This document shows positions 18,407 through 30,515 of a DNA stretch of 64,000 nt, piece by piece (position 1 is the stretch's first letter; every line of letters begins with the position of its first letter). The stretch is taken from positions 672,001-736,000 of the forward strand of contig OZ219786.1 in NCBI GenBank assembly GCA_964291285.2, written 5' to 3'. The translations under genes were made by a program, and so were the position numbers. This stretch comes from Alphaproteobacteria bacterium (lineage in GTDB: Bacteria > Pseudomonadota > Alphaproteobacteria > Bin95). Below the pieces are notes generated by a model. The model was given only the letters and a program-made list of their open reading frames with translations, searched no databases and was not told where the DNA came from.

Positions 18407-18754
18407 GTGACCGTCACCATCTGGCACAATCCGCGCTGCAGCAAGTCGCGGCAGACGCTGGCGCTGCTGCGCGAGCGCGGCGTCGAACCGGAGATCGTCG
18501 AATATCTGAAGACGCCGCCTCCGGCCGACGAGCTTGAGGCGGTGCTGGAAAAACTCGGCATGGAGCCGCGCGACCTCATGCGCCGCAAGGAGGCGGCCTA
18601 CCGCGAAGCCGGCCTCGACGATCCCGAGCTCGGGCGCCGCGCGCTCGTCGAGGCGATGGCTGCGCATCCTGTTCTTATCGAACGGCCCGTCGTGCTGGCG
18701 GCAGGGAAAGCCGCGCTCGGCCGCCCGCCCGAGAGTGTGCTCGACATCCTGTAG
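18407..18754 (+). CDS. arsC: Arsenate reductase (glutaredoxin-type ArsC family)
   Basis: IWHNPRCSKSR, HPVLIERPVV and GRPPE. Confidence 0.88.
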   Translation: MTVTIWHNPRCSKSRQTLALLRERGVEPEIVEYLKTPPPADELEAVLEKLGMEPRDLMRRKEAAYREAGLDDPELGRRALVEAMAAHPVLIERPVVLAAGKAALGRPPESVLDIL

Positions 18755-18757
18755 CGC

Positions 18758-20566
<1,809 letters not shown>

Positions 20567-20621
20567 GGCGGCGCGGTATAGCAACCGCCCCGGCGCATGG
20601 GCAAGCGGGCGCCGGGGGCGG

Positions 20622-22094
20622 CTATCCGTCTCCGCTGCTATCGGGCGCGGCCAGCAGGCGACGGAGGATCTTGCCGACGGGGGATTTCGGGATTTCGTCG
20701 ATGAAGACATAACGGCGCGGGCGCTTGAAGTCGGCGAGCGCGCTTGCCTTGCAGTGGGCGTCGAGGGCCTCGGCAGTCGCCTCGCCCCGGGTCACGACGA
20801 AGGCGGCGACGATATGGCCCCAGCGCTCGTCGGGCAGGCCGGCGACGGCGACTTCCGCCACCGCCGGATGCAGCGACAGCACGCTCTCGATCTCCACCGG
20901 CGAGACGTTCTCGCCGCCGGTGACGATCATGTCGTCCACGCGGCCGGTGACGAACAGGTCTCCGTCCTCGTCCAGCCGGCCGGTGTCGCCCGTATGGTAC
21001 CAGCCGTCCCGCAGCGCGCGGGCATCCGCATCCGAACGCCGCCAGTAGCCCTCGAAGGCTTCGTCGCTGGCAAGCGCCGCCAGAATTTCCCCTTCTTCGC
21101 CGGGCGCGGCATCGCAGGTCCCGTCGAGGCTCCGCACGCGGATGCGCTGGTTGAGACCCGCCTTGCCGGCCGAGCCCGGCTTGGCGGGCGCGTCCGGGCA
21201 GACGGTGAAGGTGTAGATCTCCGAGGAGCCGTAATGGTTGACGAACAGCTCCGGCTCGAAGGCCTCGTCCAGCCTTTGCAGCAGGCCGTCCGTCATCGAG
21301 GCGCCGGCGAAGCCGAGCTTGCGGACCGACCGCACCCGCCCGCGCGAGAAGGCCGGATGCGCCAGCAGGTCGTGATAGAGCGTCGGCGCCAGATAGAGCG
21401 CGGTCACGCCCTCCGCCTCGATCAGGTCGAGCGCGATGCCGGGATCGAAGCGCGGCTGGCAGACGAAGACGCCGTCCACCAGCGCGGACGCCAGCAGCGA
21501 GCGCACGCCCATGGTGTGGTAGAGCGGCATGACGCCGAGCGCGACCTCGCCCGGCGCATAGCGGTTCTGCGCGACATGGGCGATGGCGGCGGCCCGCTCC
21601 GCGCGGTGGCGGCGCGGCACGCCCTTCGGCCGGCCCGTCGTGCCGGAGGTGTAGAGCATGACCGACCAGTCCTCGGCCGACGCCGCCGGCGTTGCGGGCG
21701 GCGCTTGCAGCAGGGCGTCCAGCGCCGGCCCGGCCTCGATGCGGCGGATGGACTGCGCGCGGGGCGAGGCCGCGACCGCCTCCGCCGCCGCCGGCCCGAA
21801 GACCACCGTGTCGGCCTCGGCGTCGGCGAGGCAGTAGTCGATCTCCTCGCCCTTGAGCCGCCAGTTGAGCGGCACGATCAGCTTGCCCGCTAGCTGGCAG
21901 GCTCAGTGCAGGGTCGCGGCATCGAGCGTGTTCTGGAGCACGGTTGCGACCCGCCGGCCCTCCAGCCCGCCCGCAAGCCGGAGCGCGCGGTCGAGCCACG
22001 CCCCGTAGGTCAGCCTGTCCGCGCCGGCGGTGACGGCCAGCCGGTCCGGCGCCCGCTCGGCGGCTTGCACGAGGGCCGTGCCGACATCAAGCAT
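20622..22094 (-). pseudogene. hmfD: 2-furoate-CoA ligase-like AMP-binding enzyme with an in-frame TGA at 21903-21905
   Basis: The 63-aa and 417-aa ORFs share one frame: ATLH*ACQLAGKLIVPLNW, where Trp is expected. YTSGTTGRPKG AMP motif. Follows the hmfABC-like genes. Confidence 0.75.
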
Positions 22095-22527
22095 CGGCGG
22101 CGTCCAGCGCGGCGGCGACGATGGGGGTGTAGCCCGTGCAACGGCAGAGATGGCCGCTCAGCACCTCCCGCACCTCCTGCTCCGTCGGGCGGGGCTGCTC
22201 CCGGAGGAAGGCGGTCAGGCTCAGCAGGATGCCGGCCGTGCAGAAGCCGCATTGCAGCGCGAAATGGCGGCGGAAGGCGGCGTGCAGCGGGCCTTCCTCC
22301 AGCCCCTCCACCGTCACGACCTCCGCGCCCTCGCACTGGACCGCAAGCGCCAGGCAGGACCGCGCCGGCCGGCCGTCGATCAGCACCGTGCAGGCCCCGC
22401 AGACGCCGTGCTCGCAACCTACATGCGTGCCGGTCAGGCCGAGCGTGTGACGCAGGAAGTCGGAGAGCAGCAGGCGCGGTTCCGCCGCCGCGTCCACCGC
22501 CTCGCCGTTCACGGTCATGCGCGGCAT
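22087..22527 (-). CDS. hmfC: Molybdenum hydroxylase 2Fe-2S subunit (HmfC/CoxS-like)
   Basis: GCEHGVCGACTV, QCGFCTAG and CRCTGY. Confidence 0.8.
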   Translation of the reverse strand: MPRMTVNGEAVDAAAEPRLLLSDFLRHTLGLTGTHVGCEHGVCGACTVLIDGRPARSCLALAVQCEGAEVVTVEGLEEGPLHAAFRRHFALQCGFCTAGILLSLTAFLREQPRPTEQEVREVLSGHLCRCTGYTPIVAAALDAADA

Positions 22528-23270
22528 GAAAGCGCCTCCTCCACCGTTGCCCGGCCGATGCGCGCCACCAGCCGGCGGCGGTAGGCCGCATCGGCGTGGA
22601 AGTCGTCGCGGGCGTCGATGGCGTCCGGGTCGATGACGAGGCCGTCCAGCACGACCGGCGTGTCCGCCACGCCGCCGACGGCGAGCCTGACGCCGTCGGC
22701 GTCGGCCACGGCCGCGAAGGCCGCGAGCGCGAAATCGCCGTGCCGGAGCGCGACCTCGCGGAAGGCGTAGCCGGCGCGCGGGTCCGGCGGCGGCAGTTCG
22801 ACCGCGGCAATCAGTTCGTCCTCTTCCCGCGCCGTCATCAGCGGCCCTTCGAAGAAGTCCGCGGCCTCGACCGTTCGCCCGCCGCGCGCCGAGGCGAGAT
22901 GGACCCGCCCGCCGAGCGCAACCAGGCAGAGCGGCAGTTCCGCCGCCGGGTCGGCGTGCGCGACCGAGCCGCAGAATGTGCCCCGGCCGCGCGTCTGGTA
23001 GTGGCCGACATGCGGCAGGGCGCGGTCGATGAGCGGGTGCAGGCCGGCGAGCTCCGCCTGGCGGACGGCCGCGCCCACCCGGAGCCCGCGCTCGCGAAGC
23101 TCGGCGAGATGCATGATGTCCACCAGCAGATCGGGCCGGGCGAGGCGCATGTTGAGCATCGCCACCAGCGACTGGCCGCCCGCAAGCGCCATCGCGCCGT
23201 CGGAAGCCAGCGCCTCCAGCGCCTCGCCGAGGCTCGCGGGGCGCAGATAGTCGAAGGGCGCGGGCTTCAC
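22515..23270 (-). CDS. hmfB: Molybdenum hydroxylase FAD subunit (HmfB/CoxM-like)
   Basis: MKPAPFDY, LAGGQSL and GSVAHADPAAELP. Confidence 0.8.
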   Translation of the reverse strand: MKPAPFDYLRPASLGEALEALASDGAMALAGGQSLVAMLNMRLARPDLLVDIMHLAELRERGLRVGAAVRQAELAGLHPLIDRALPHVGHYQTRGRGTFCGSVAHADPAAELPLCLVALGGRVHLASARGGRTVEAADFFEGPLMTAREEDELIAAVELPPPDPRAGYAFREVALRHGDFALAAFAAVADADGVRLAVGGVADTPVVLDGLVIDPDAIDARDDFHADAAYRRRLVARIGRATVEEALSCRA

Positions 23271-25600
23271 GGGATGAGCGCCGCGACGCGGGCGGGCGTG
23301 AGCGGCAGTTCCAGACCGTCCACGCCGAGCGCGTCCGCCACCGCGTTGGCGATGCAGGGGGGTGCGCTCATGGCGTTGCCCTCGCCGATGCCCTTGGCGC
23401 CGAGCGGGGTGAAGGGCGACGGGCTTTCGAGATGCAGGATCTCCGGGTCCGGCGCCTCGCAGGCGGTCGGCGGCGGATAGTCGGCGAAGGTGCCGGCGAG
23501 CGGCTGGCCCGCCTCGTCATAGACGAAGGCCTCGAACAGCGCCGCCCCCACGGCATTAGAGAGGCCGCCCCGCACCTGCCCGTCGGCCATCGGGCGGTGG
23601 AGCAGGCGCCCCGCGTCGTGGGCGGTCACATAGCGGTCGATGCGGACCCGGCCGGTGTCGGCGTCCACCTCCACGCCGCAGACATCGAAGATGAAGCCGT
23701 AGGCGGCGGAGCCGTTGATGCGGTCTTCGGCGTCGGGGGGCCCGAGCTCCGGCGGGGTCCAGAACTCGGTCGCCCGCAAGGCCGGCTCGACGCCCTGCGG
23801 CAGGGTGCCGGGCGACCAGTGTGCGAGGCCGGCGAGGCGGGCGAACGGCACCTCTTTGTCAGGTCCCGCGCCGACCATGCCGCCCTCGAAGCGGATGTCC
23901 TCCAGCGGCAGGTCGAGCCGCGCGGCGGCGAGGCGCGCCAGCCGGTCGCGCAAGGTCCGGGCCGCGCGCCAGGCCGTGCCGGCGACGGCGGGCGCGAAGC
24001 GGCAGGAATAGTTGCCGGCGGCGATCGACCAGGCGTCCCGCGCGCTGTCAAACTCCGCCACCACCCGGATGTCGCGGGGCGCAAGGCCGAACGCGCCGGC
24101 CACCACCTCCGCCAGCACGGTGCGGTGCCCCTGGCCCTGCGGGATGGAATCGGCGGTGACGGTGACGCCGCCATGCGGGTCGATGGCGACGGTGGCTGCG
24201 GCGAGCGCGCCGTTCTTGAGCCCGCCGGCCAGGCGGTCCTCATGCTCCAGCACCGTGGTGATGTAGCCCATGTTGGAGACGGTCGGCTCCACCGCCGCCG
24301 CCATCCCGACGCCGTAGAGCCGTCCCTCGGCGCGGGCTGCCGCGCGGCGGGCCCGGAGGTCTTCCAGCGCGGGCCTGGCGAGGTCGATGACCGCGCCGAA
24401 ATCGCCGGAGTCGTAGAGCGCGCCGGATGCCGTCCGGTAAGGCACCGTCTTCACGAGGTTGCGCCGCAGCACCTCCAGCCGGTCGAGTCCCAGCCCGTCG
24501 GCGATGCGGTGCATCAGCCGCTCCAGGGGGAAATAGACCTGCGGGCCGCCGAAGCCCCGATTGAGGCCGCTCGGCGTCTTGTTGGTGACGGCGATGCTGT
24601 TCTCGACCTCGAGGTTGGGGATGTCGTAGGCCCCGGTCATCGCGCCGTGCATCCGGTAGAGCGTCGCGGGCTCCGGCGCCTTGATGTAGGCGCCGCAGTC
24701 CTCAAGCTGCCGGTAGCGCAGCGCCGTCACCCGCCCGTCGGCCATGACGGCGGCCTCCAGCCGCGTTTCGCGGTTGGTGGCGGAGCCGGCGGCGGTTAGG
24801 TGTTCCAGCCGGTCCTCGATCCATTTCACCGGCCGGCCGGCGAGCCGGGCGACCGCTGCCATCAGCACGATATAGGGTGCCAAGCCCTGCTTGATGCCGA
24901 AGCTGCCGCCGGAGTCGTGCGGGGTGCGCAGGCGCAGCCGGTTGGCCGGCACGCCCAAGGCCGCCGCCATCACCGGATGCAGCGCGAACGGTCCCTGGAA
25001 GGGCGCCGTCACCTCGAAGGCGTCGGCGTCCGGGTCCCAGGCGGCGATCAGCCCGAAACACTCGATGGGCGTGACGGCGCTGCGCGGATAGCGCACCTCG
25101 ATGGCGAAGCGATGGTCGGCGGCGGCGAACGCGCCTTCCGGGTCGCCGTAGGAGAAGCGCCGCCGGTTCGCCAGATTCGTGCCGGCGGCCTCGTGCAGCA
25201 GCGGCGCGCCTTCGGCTATCGCGGCCGAGGGCGAGACGACGGCGGGAAGCGGCTCGTACCCGACCTCCACCAGCTCCAGCGCGTCCTCGGCCCGGTAGCG
25301 GTCCTCGGCCAGCACGACCGCGACCGGCTCGCCGGCATAGCGCACCTTGTCGGTCGCAACGGGGAAGTGGCGCATGGGCGTGCGCAGCGCCGCGATGAAG
25401 GGCCTGAGGCCGGCGGCGATGTCCTGTCCGGTGAACAGGCGCACGCCCTCCGGCGCGGTTATGGGGCCGAGCCGCGCATGGGCGTGGGGCGAGCGCAGGA
25501 TCGCGGCATGGAGCGTGCGCGGCGGCACGGGCAGGTCGTCGATGAACCGCCCCCTGCCGCTGAGCAGCGCCCGGTCCTCCACCCGCTCGCCGCCTGTCAC
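23267..25600 (-). CDS. hmfA: Molybdopterin hydroxylase large subunit (2-furoyl-CoA dehydrogenase HmfA-like)
   Basis: RVEDRALLSGRGRF, GGSFGIK, NRGFGGPQ, QGQGH and AKGIGEG. Probable GTG start at 25600. Operon order is A-B-C-D. Confidence 0.75.
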   Translation of the reverse strand: MTGGERVEDRALLSGRGRFIDDLPVPPRTLHAAILRSPHAHARLGPITAPEGVRLFTGQDIAAGLRPFIAALRTPMRHFPVATDKVRYAGEPVAVVLAEDRYRAEDALELVEVGYEPLPAVVSPSAAIAEGAPLLHEAAGTNLANRRRFSYGDPEGAFAAADHRFAIEVRYPRSAVTPIECFGLIAAWDPDADAFEVTAPFQGPFALHPVMAAALGVPANRLRLRTPHDSGGSFGIKQGLAPYIVLMAAVARLAGRPVKWIEDRLEHLTAAGSATNRETRLEAAVMADGRVTALRYRQLEDCGAYIKAPEPATLYRMHGAMTGAYDIPNLEVENSIAVTNKTPSGLNRGFGGPQVYFPLERLMHRIADGLGLDRLEVLRRNLVKTVPYRTASGALYDSGDFGAVIDLARPALEDLRARRAAARAEGRLYGVGMAAAVEPTVSNMGYITTVLEHEDRLAGGLKNGALAAATVAIDPHGGVTVTADSIPQGQGHRTVLAEVVAGAFGLAPRDIRVVAEFDSARDAWSIAAGNYSCRFAPAVAGTAWRAARTLRDRLARLAAARLDLPLEDIRFEGGMVGAGPDKEVPFARLAGLAHWSPGTLPQGVEPALRATEFWTPPELGPPDAEDRINGSAAYGFIFDVCGVEVDADTGRVRIDRYVTAHDAGRLLHRPMADGQVRGGLSNAVGAALFEAFVYDEAGQPLAGTFADYPPPTACEAPDPEILHLESPSPFTPLGAKGIGEGNAMSAPPCIANAVADALGVDGLELPLTPARVAALIP

Positions 25601-25677
25601 GCTGCGTTCCGTCCCGTCATCGCCGTTCCTGTTTAGGCCCGCGCTGGCAAGCGGTAAAGCGTCCGTCCCGAGCTCGC

Positions 25678-27309
25678 CTACGCAGCGCCGCCGTCCTTCT
25701 CCCGCAGCATGCGCTCGGCGAGGCGGCGGGCGTCTTCGCGGGTTTCCACGATCCGGTGTCCGGGCACGCTGTGCAGGCAGCGGAGCGAGTTCAGGGTCTG
25801 CGCGGCGGCGCCGTGGAGGCCGGCCACGATGCAGGAGGTTTCCGCCGCTTCCGCGAGGTCGATCAGCTGTTCGATGACCATGGCGGCGCTGTCGTCGATA
25901 TAGGCGGCGCCGGAGAAGTCGAAGATGACGATCTCGTGGTCGCGGATTTCCGGGCCGATGGCGTCGGCGAGCTTGTGGGACGAGGCGACGGTGAGGCTGC
26001 CCCGGAGCGCGACGAGGCCGGCGCGCGCGGCAAAGGCGCTCTCCTCTTCCTCTCCGTCCGCGCCGGGAAGGGTCCGGTCGAGCAGCGGCGTCGAGACCAC
26101 GCTGTCGAGTTCCAGGCGCTCCAATTGCCGCGCATGGACCATGCCGCCCGCGATGAGCCCGATGGCGACGGCCGTGATGAGGTCGACGAACACTGTGAGC
26201 GCCAGCACCGTCAGCATGACGATCAGGTGTTCGCGCCTGAGCGCATGGACGCGGGCGAGGAGGCGCCAGTCCACGATGTCCCATCCGACCTTCATCAGCA
26301 CGCCGGCAAGAGCGGCCAGCGGAACGGGCTCGACATAGCGGCCGAGGCCCAGCAGCAGCGCCAGCAGGAAGACCGCCCGCAATACGCCGGATATCGGCGT
26401 CGAGCCCCCGGACTTGATGTTGGTCACCGTCCCCATCGTGGCCCCGGCGCCGGGGAGCGCCCCGAAGAGCCCCGCCACGGCATTGCCGATACCCTGGCCG
26501 ACCAGTTCCCGGTCCGGGTTGTGGCGCGAGCCGGTCAGCGAGTCGGCGATAATCGAGGTGAGCAGGCTGTCAACGGAGCCGAGCAGGGCGAGGATCAGTG
26601 CGGGCTCCACCGCGCCGAGCAGGAAGTCCGGGGACATAAGCGGCCATTGCAGTTCCGACAGGCCGGTCGGAACTGGGCCGATGGTCGGCGCTTCGTTCAG
26701 CCAGAGCACGCCCAGCAGCGTGCCCGCAACCATCGCCGCGAGAAGGCCGGGCACGAAGCGCGCCAGCCGGCGCGGCCAGAGGAAAGCGACCGCGAGCGAG
26801 ACAGCGGCGATGGCGAAGGCGCCCGCATCGATATTGCGGACCGCGTCCGGAAGCGCCGAGACTGCGCCCATCGGGCCGCCGGGGGCAATGGGTGCGCCCA
26901 GCGCCGGCAGCAACTGGATCAGCACGATGATGATGCCGATGCCCGACATGAAGCCCGATACCACCACATGGGGCGTGTAGGCGACGAAACGGCCGATACG
27001 CGAGAGCCCGAGCAGGATCTGCAGCAGGCCCGCCATGACGACCACGGTGAGCGCTTCGGCGAGGCTGGTCGTGTGGCTGGTGATGACGACGGCCATGACG
27101 ACCGTCATCGGCGCTGTCGGGCCGGATATCTGCGACCGGGTGCCGCCGAACACGGAGGCGAAGAAGCCGACGGCGATGGCCCCGTGCAGGCCGGCAGCGG
27201 CCCCCATGCCCGAGGCGATGCCGAAGCCGAGCGCCACGGGGAGCGCCACCACGGTCGAGGTGATGCCGCCGAACAGGTCTCCCCGGAGGCTGTCGAGGCC
27301 GTATTTCAC
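25678..27309 (-). CDS. SulP-family anion transporter with STAS domain
   Basis: GDLFGGIT, QISGPTAPM, RELVGQGIGN and C-terminal DFSGAAYIDDSA. Confidence 0.92.
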   Translation of the reverse strand: MKYGLDSLRGDLFGGITSTVVALPVALGFGIASGMGAAAGLHGAIAVGFFASVFGGTRSQISGPTAPMTVVMAVVITSHTTSLAEALTVVVMAGLLQILLGLSRIGRFVAYTPHVVVSGFMSGIGIIIVLIQLLPALGAPIAPGGPMGAVSALPDAVRNIDAGAFAIAAVSLAVAFLWPRRLARFVPGLLAAMVAGTLLGVLWLNEAPTIGPVPTGLSELQWPLMSPDFLLGAVEPALILALLGSVDSLLTSIIADSLTGSRHNPDRELVGQGIGNAVAGLFGALPGAGATMGTVTNIKSGGSTPISGVLRAVFLLALLLGLGRYVEPVPLAALAGVLMKVGWDIVDWRLLARVHALRREHLIVMLTVLALTVFVDLITAVAIGLIAGGMVHARQLERLELDSVVSTPLLDRTLPGADGEEEESAFAARAGLVALRGSLTVASSHKLADAIGPEIRDHEIVIFDFSGAAYIDDSAAMVIEQLIDLAEAAETSCIVAGLHGAAAQTLNSLRCLHSVPGHRIVETREDARRLAERMLREKDGGAA

Positions 27310-27387
27310 GCGCGAAAGGTTACCTGCTGCCGCGCCGCCCGCAATCCGTTATTCTCGGCGGCAAATCCAACGGAGGAGACCGACCCG

Positions 27388-27789
27388 ATGCCCGACAGCA
27401 ATTCGCAGCTTCGCAAGCTCGCCCACGCCACCGAGGAGTCGGCGCCGCTGGTCCCCGGGCGGCGCGACTTCTTCAAGTATCGCGACCTCGGCGTCACCGA
27501 GGCGAGCCTCGGCAGCATGCGCGCCCAGACCATGACCGCGATCCGCGGCATGACCGAGCCGACCGGCTGGCACTACCACGAGTGCGAGGGCCAGTTCGTC
27601 TATGCGCTCAAGGGCTGGGTGGACCTCGAATTCGAGACCGGCGAGACGCTGCGCATCCAGGCCGGCGAATCGCTCTTCATCCCGGGCGGGCTGAAGCACA
27701 ACGAAATCGCGACCTCGGACGACCTCGAAATCCTGGAGCTGTCCATTCCGGCGGAGATGGGCACCGTCCCCTGCGACCCGCCGGCCTGA
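27388..27789 (+). CDS. Cupin domain protein
   Basis: TGWHYHECE and GESLFIPGGLKHNE. RBS GGAGG. Confidence 0.85.
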   Translation: MPDSNSQLRKLAHATEESAPLVPGRRDFFKYRDLGVTEASLGSMRAQTMTAIRGMTEPTGWHYHECEGQFVYALKGWVDLEFETGETLRIQAGESLFIPGGLKHNEIATSDDLEILELSIPAEMGTVPCDPPA

Positions 27790-27810
27790 CCCGGCGCGCC
27801 GGGAGCCCGC

Positions 27811-28914
27811 CTACGCGCGCAGGCGGGAGAGGCTGTCTTCCGGCATCCGGCCCCTGTTCATCTCCGCGAGGAGGGGCCGGACCAGTTCCGCAAAGCCGGT
27901 CGCGGCGGCGGCGTGCGGAAAGCCGGACAGGCAGAAGGAGTGGCACCCCGCGTCGATGAAGGCCTGAAGCTGGTCGGCGCACTGCCGGGGATTTCCGACG
28001 ACGGCGATGCCGGCGCCGGCCCGGACCCGGGTGATGCCGGTCCAGAGATTCGGCCCGATCATCTCGCCATGCTCGCGCGCCAGTTCCTGCACGCGCCGGT
28101 TCGCCGCCGAGTTGAACGTGTTGTCGATAATCTCCCGGCGGTTCGCATCGGTGCCGTGCGCGACCAGTCTGCGGGCCGCCGCCCAGGCCTCGTCTTCCGA
28201 CTCGCGGCACATGATCTGCAGGCGCATGCCGAAGCCGATCTCGTCCCCGCGCCCGAACTCTGCGGCGCGCCGGCGGATATCGACGATGTTTTCGGCGATC
28301 CGCTCCGGCGTGTCGCCCCAGAACAGGTGGACATCCGAGTGCCGGGCGGAAATATCGGCGGCCTGCGGCGACCCGCCGCCGAGATAGAAGCGGGGATGGG
28401 GTTTCTGGTAAATCTCCGGGATGATCGAGCAATTCCTGAGGGTGTAGAACCTGCCGTCGAAGTCGATGGGTCCCGACGCTGCCCAGAGCCGCTTCATGAT
28501 GGCGACTTCTTCCCCCATCAGGGCGTAGCGTTCCTCCTTGCCGTAGCGGATGCCGTCGGCTTCGAAGTCCGCTTCCGCCTGCCCCGCTATAAGGTTTATC
28601 GCGAGGCGCCCGCCGGTCATCCGGTCGAAGGTCGCGAGCATCTTGGCCTGGAGGACCGGATTGACATAGCCGGGCTTGGCCGCGATCAGGGGTTTGATCG
28701 TCTTCGTCTTGCCGGCGAGGAAGGCGGCGATGACATAGGCTTCCCAGCAGATGTTGACGACCGGGATCAGGATGTATTCGAACCCCGCGTCTTCCGCGGC
28801 CAGAATGATCCGCTCCATCATTTCCGGCGACGGAGCGATCTGGGACTCCGGGTCGTTGAAAGCCGTGGTGTCGCCGTTCGTCGGCAGATACCAGCCGAAT
28901 TCAAGCTGCCGCAT
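27811..28914 (-). CDS. LLM-class flavin-dependent monooxygenase (SsuD-like)
   Basis: FGWYLPTNGD, AEDAGF, GGRLAINL, YLGGGS and NLWTG. Confidence 0.88.
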   Translation of the reverse strand: MRQLEFGWYLPTNGDTTAFNDPESQIAPSPEMMERIILAAEDAGFEYILIPVVNICWEAYVIAAFLAGKTKTIKPLIAAKPGYVNPVLQAKMLATFDRMTGGRLAINLIAGQAEADFEADGIRYGKEERYALMGEEVAIMKRLWAASGPIDFDGRFYTLRNCSIIPEIYQKPHPRFYLGGGSPQAADISARHSDVHLFWGDTPERIAENIVDIRRRAAEFGRGDEIGFGMRLQIMCRESEDEAWAAARRLVAHGTDANRREIIDNTFNSAANRRVQELAREHGEMIGPNLWTGITRVRAGAGIAVVGNPRQCADQLQAFIDAGCHSFCLSGFPHAAAATGFAELVRPLLAEMNRGRMPEDSLSRLRA

Positions 28915-28984
28915 ATGCCTGCCTCCCCACCAGGCAATCTAGCACGGATTTCCCGGCTCCGGCCCCACGATCCGCCGGCCCGGG

Positions 28985-30433
28985 CTACCGCGCGGGGATG
29001 GGGCGTTCCCGGCGGAGCGCCCTGCCGGGCCGCGCGCCGGTCGGGCTCCCGTCCTTCCAGACCGTCTCGCCCGCCACGAGCACCGCGCTTATGCCGTCGG
29101 CGGGCGCCATCGGGTTCTCGAAGCTCGCCCGGTCGATCACGGTCTCGGGGTCGAACAGGCAGAGGTCGGCGACCGCGCCCGGCTCCACGACGCCGCGCCC
29201 GTCCAGCCCGAAGCGGTCCGCCGGCAGGCCGGTCATGCGGCGCACGGCCTCCTCGAGCGGCATCAGGCCGAGTTCGCGGCTGTAATGCCCCAGAACGCGC
29301 GGGAAGGTGCCCCAGAGGCGCGGATGCGGGCGCGGGTCGTGCGGAATGCCGTCGGAGCCGATCATGGCGCGCGGGAAGCGCAGCACGCGCTGCACGTCCT
29401 CCTCCGACATGGCGAAATAGATCGCGCCGGCCGGCAACAGCCGCACGGCCATCTCCTCGTCGGAGACGCCGTGCTCGGCGGCGATGTCGGAGAGGTCGCG
29501 GCCCGCCGCCTCCGGATAAGGTTCCGACCAGGTAATCAGGACCCGCTTCGAATCGGCGAGGCGGTCGGGCAGCAGCACGGTGGAGCTCATGGCGTAGGGA
29601 TAGACGTCCAGCGACACCTGCTGCTCCGCCGCGGCGGCCTCGACCATCGGCAGGGAGCGGGCGGTCTTGCCGTGATGGGCGGCGCCCGAGGCCTTGTGGT
29701 GCGAGAGCACGACGGCGACGCCCGCGCGCCGGCCGATTTCCAGCGACTCCTCGACCGATTCCTCCAGGAAGGCGCCCTCGTCGCGCATGTGGGTGGCGTA
29801 GAGGCCGCCAAAGGGCGCCGCCGCCGCCGTGAGCGCGACCACCTCGTCCGTCGTCGCGGCCCTTGAAGGCGGGTAGAAGAGGCCGGTCGAGAAGCCGACG
29901 GCGCCCGCCTGCATCGCCTGTTCGACACCCGCGCGCATGGCCGCGATCTCGGCCTCGTTCGCAGGGCGGCCCAGATTCTCCACATGCTGCACGCGCAGCG
30001 TCTGGTGGCCGACCAGGAAGAGGCCGTTGACGACCGGCGGGCGGGCGTCCAGCGCCTCAAGATAGGAAGAGAATGTGGGAAAGCGGTAGTCGCTCTCGCC
30101 GCCCAGCAGGTCCATCGGCGGCGGCGGACGGCCTTCCGGGTTGAAAGGCGCCAGCGAGATGCCGCAATTGCCGGCGACCACGGTCGTCACCCCCTGGCTC
30201 GCCTTGGCGGCCATGTCGCCGTCCAGCAGCGCGCGGTCGTCATGGGTGTGGACGTCGATGAAACCCGGCGCGACGACGAGGCCGCGCGCATCGATCTCCC
30301 GTTCGCCCGAAGCCTCGTCCAGCATGCCGACCTCCGCGATGCGCCCGCCGTCCACGGCGACATCGGCCCTGCGCGCCGGCGCGCCCGTGCCGTCGATGAC
30401 GGTTCCGCCCCGGATTACCAGATCGTGGTGCAT
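28985..30433 (-). CDS. N-acyl-D-amino-acid deacylase
   Basis: APGFIDVHTHDD, GNCGIS, HMRDE, IGSDG and HPRLWGTFPRVLG. Confidence 0.9.
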   Translation of the reverse strand: MHHDLVIRGGTVIDGTGAPARRADVAVDGGRIAEVGMLDEASGEREIDARGLVVAPGFIDVHTHDDRALLDGDMAAKASQGVTTVVAGNCGISLAPFNPEGRPPPPMDLLGGESDYRFPTFSSYLEALDARPPVVNGLFLVGHQTLRVQHVENLGRPANEAEIAAMRAGVEQAMQAGAVGFSTGLFYPPSRAATTDEVVALTAAAAPFGGLYATHMRDEGAFLEESVEESLEIGRRAGVAVVLSHHKASGAAHHGKTARSLPMVEAAAAEQQVSLDVYPYAMSSTVLLPDRLADSKRVLITWSEPYPEAAGRDLSDIAAEHGVSDEEMAVRLLPAGAIYFAMSEEDVQRVLRFPRAMIGSDGIPHDPRPHPRLWGTFPRVLGHYSRELGLMPLEEAVRRMTGLPADRFGLDGRGVVEPGAVADLCLFDPETVIDRASFENPMAPADGISAVLVAGETVWKDGSPTGARPGRALRRERPIPAR

Positions 30434-30515
30434 CGCCCTGCTCCTCCCGCCGCTTGCTGGCGCCCTCTCTACCATGCGGGTAAGGTCGCCGGAAAATCCT
30501 GGGGGCGTTCCACAC

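Noticed and set aside
21903-21905. TGA read as Trp (alternative code) or as selenocysteine in hmfD
   Set aside because: TGA ends many intact genes in this window (lepA, argG, rlmN, the SDRs), and the expected residue is Trp, not Cys. A nonsense mutation or sequencing error is simpler.
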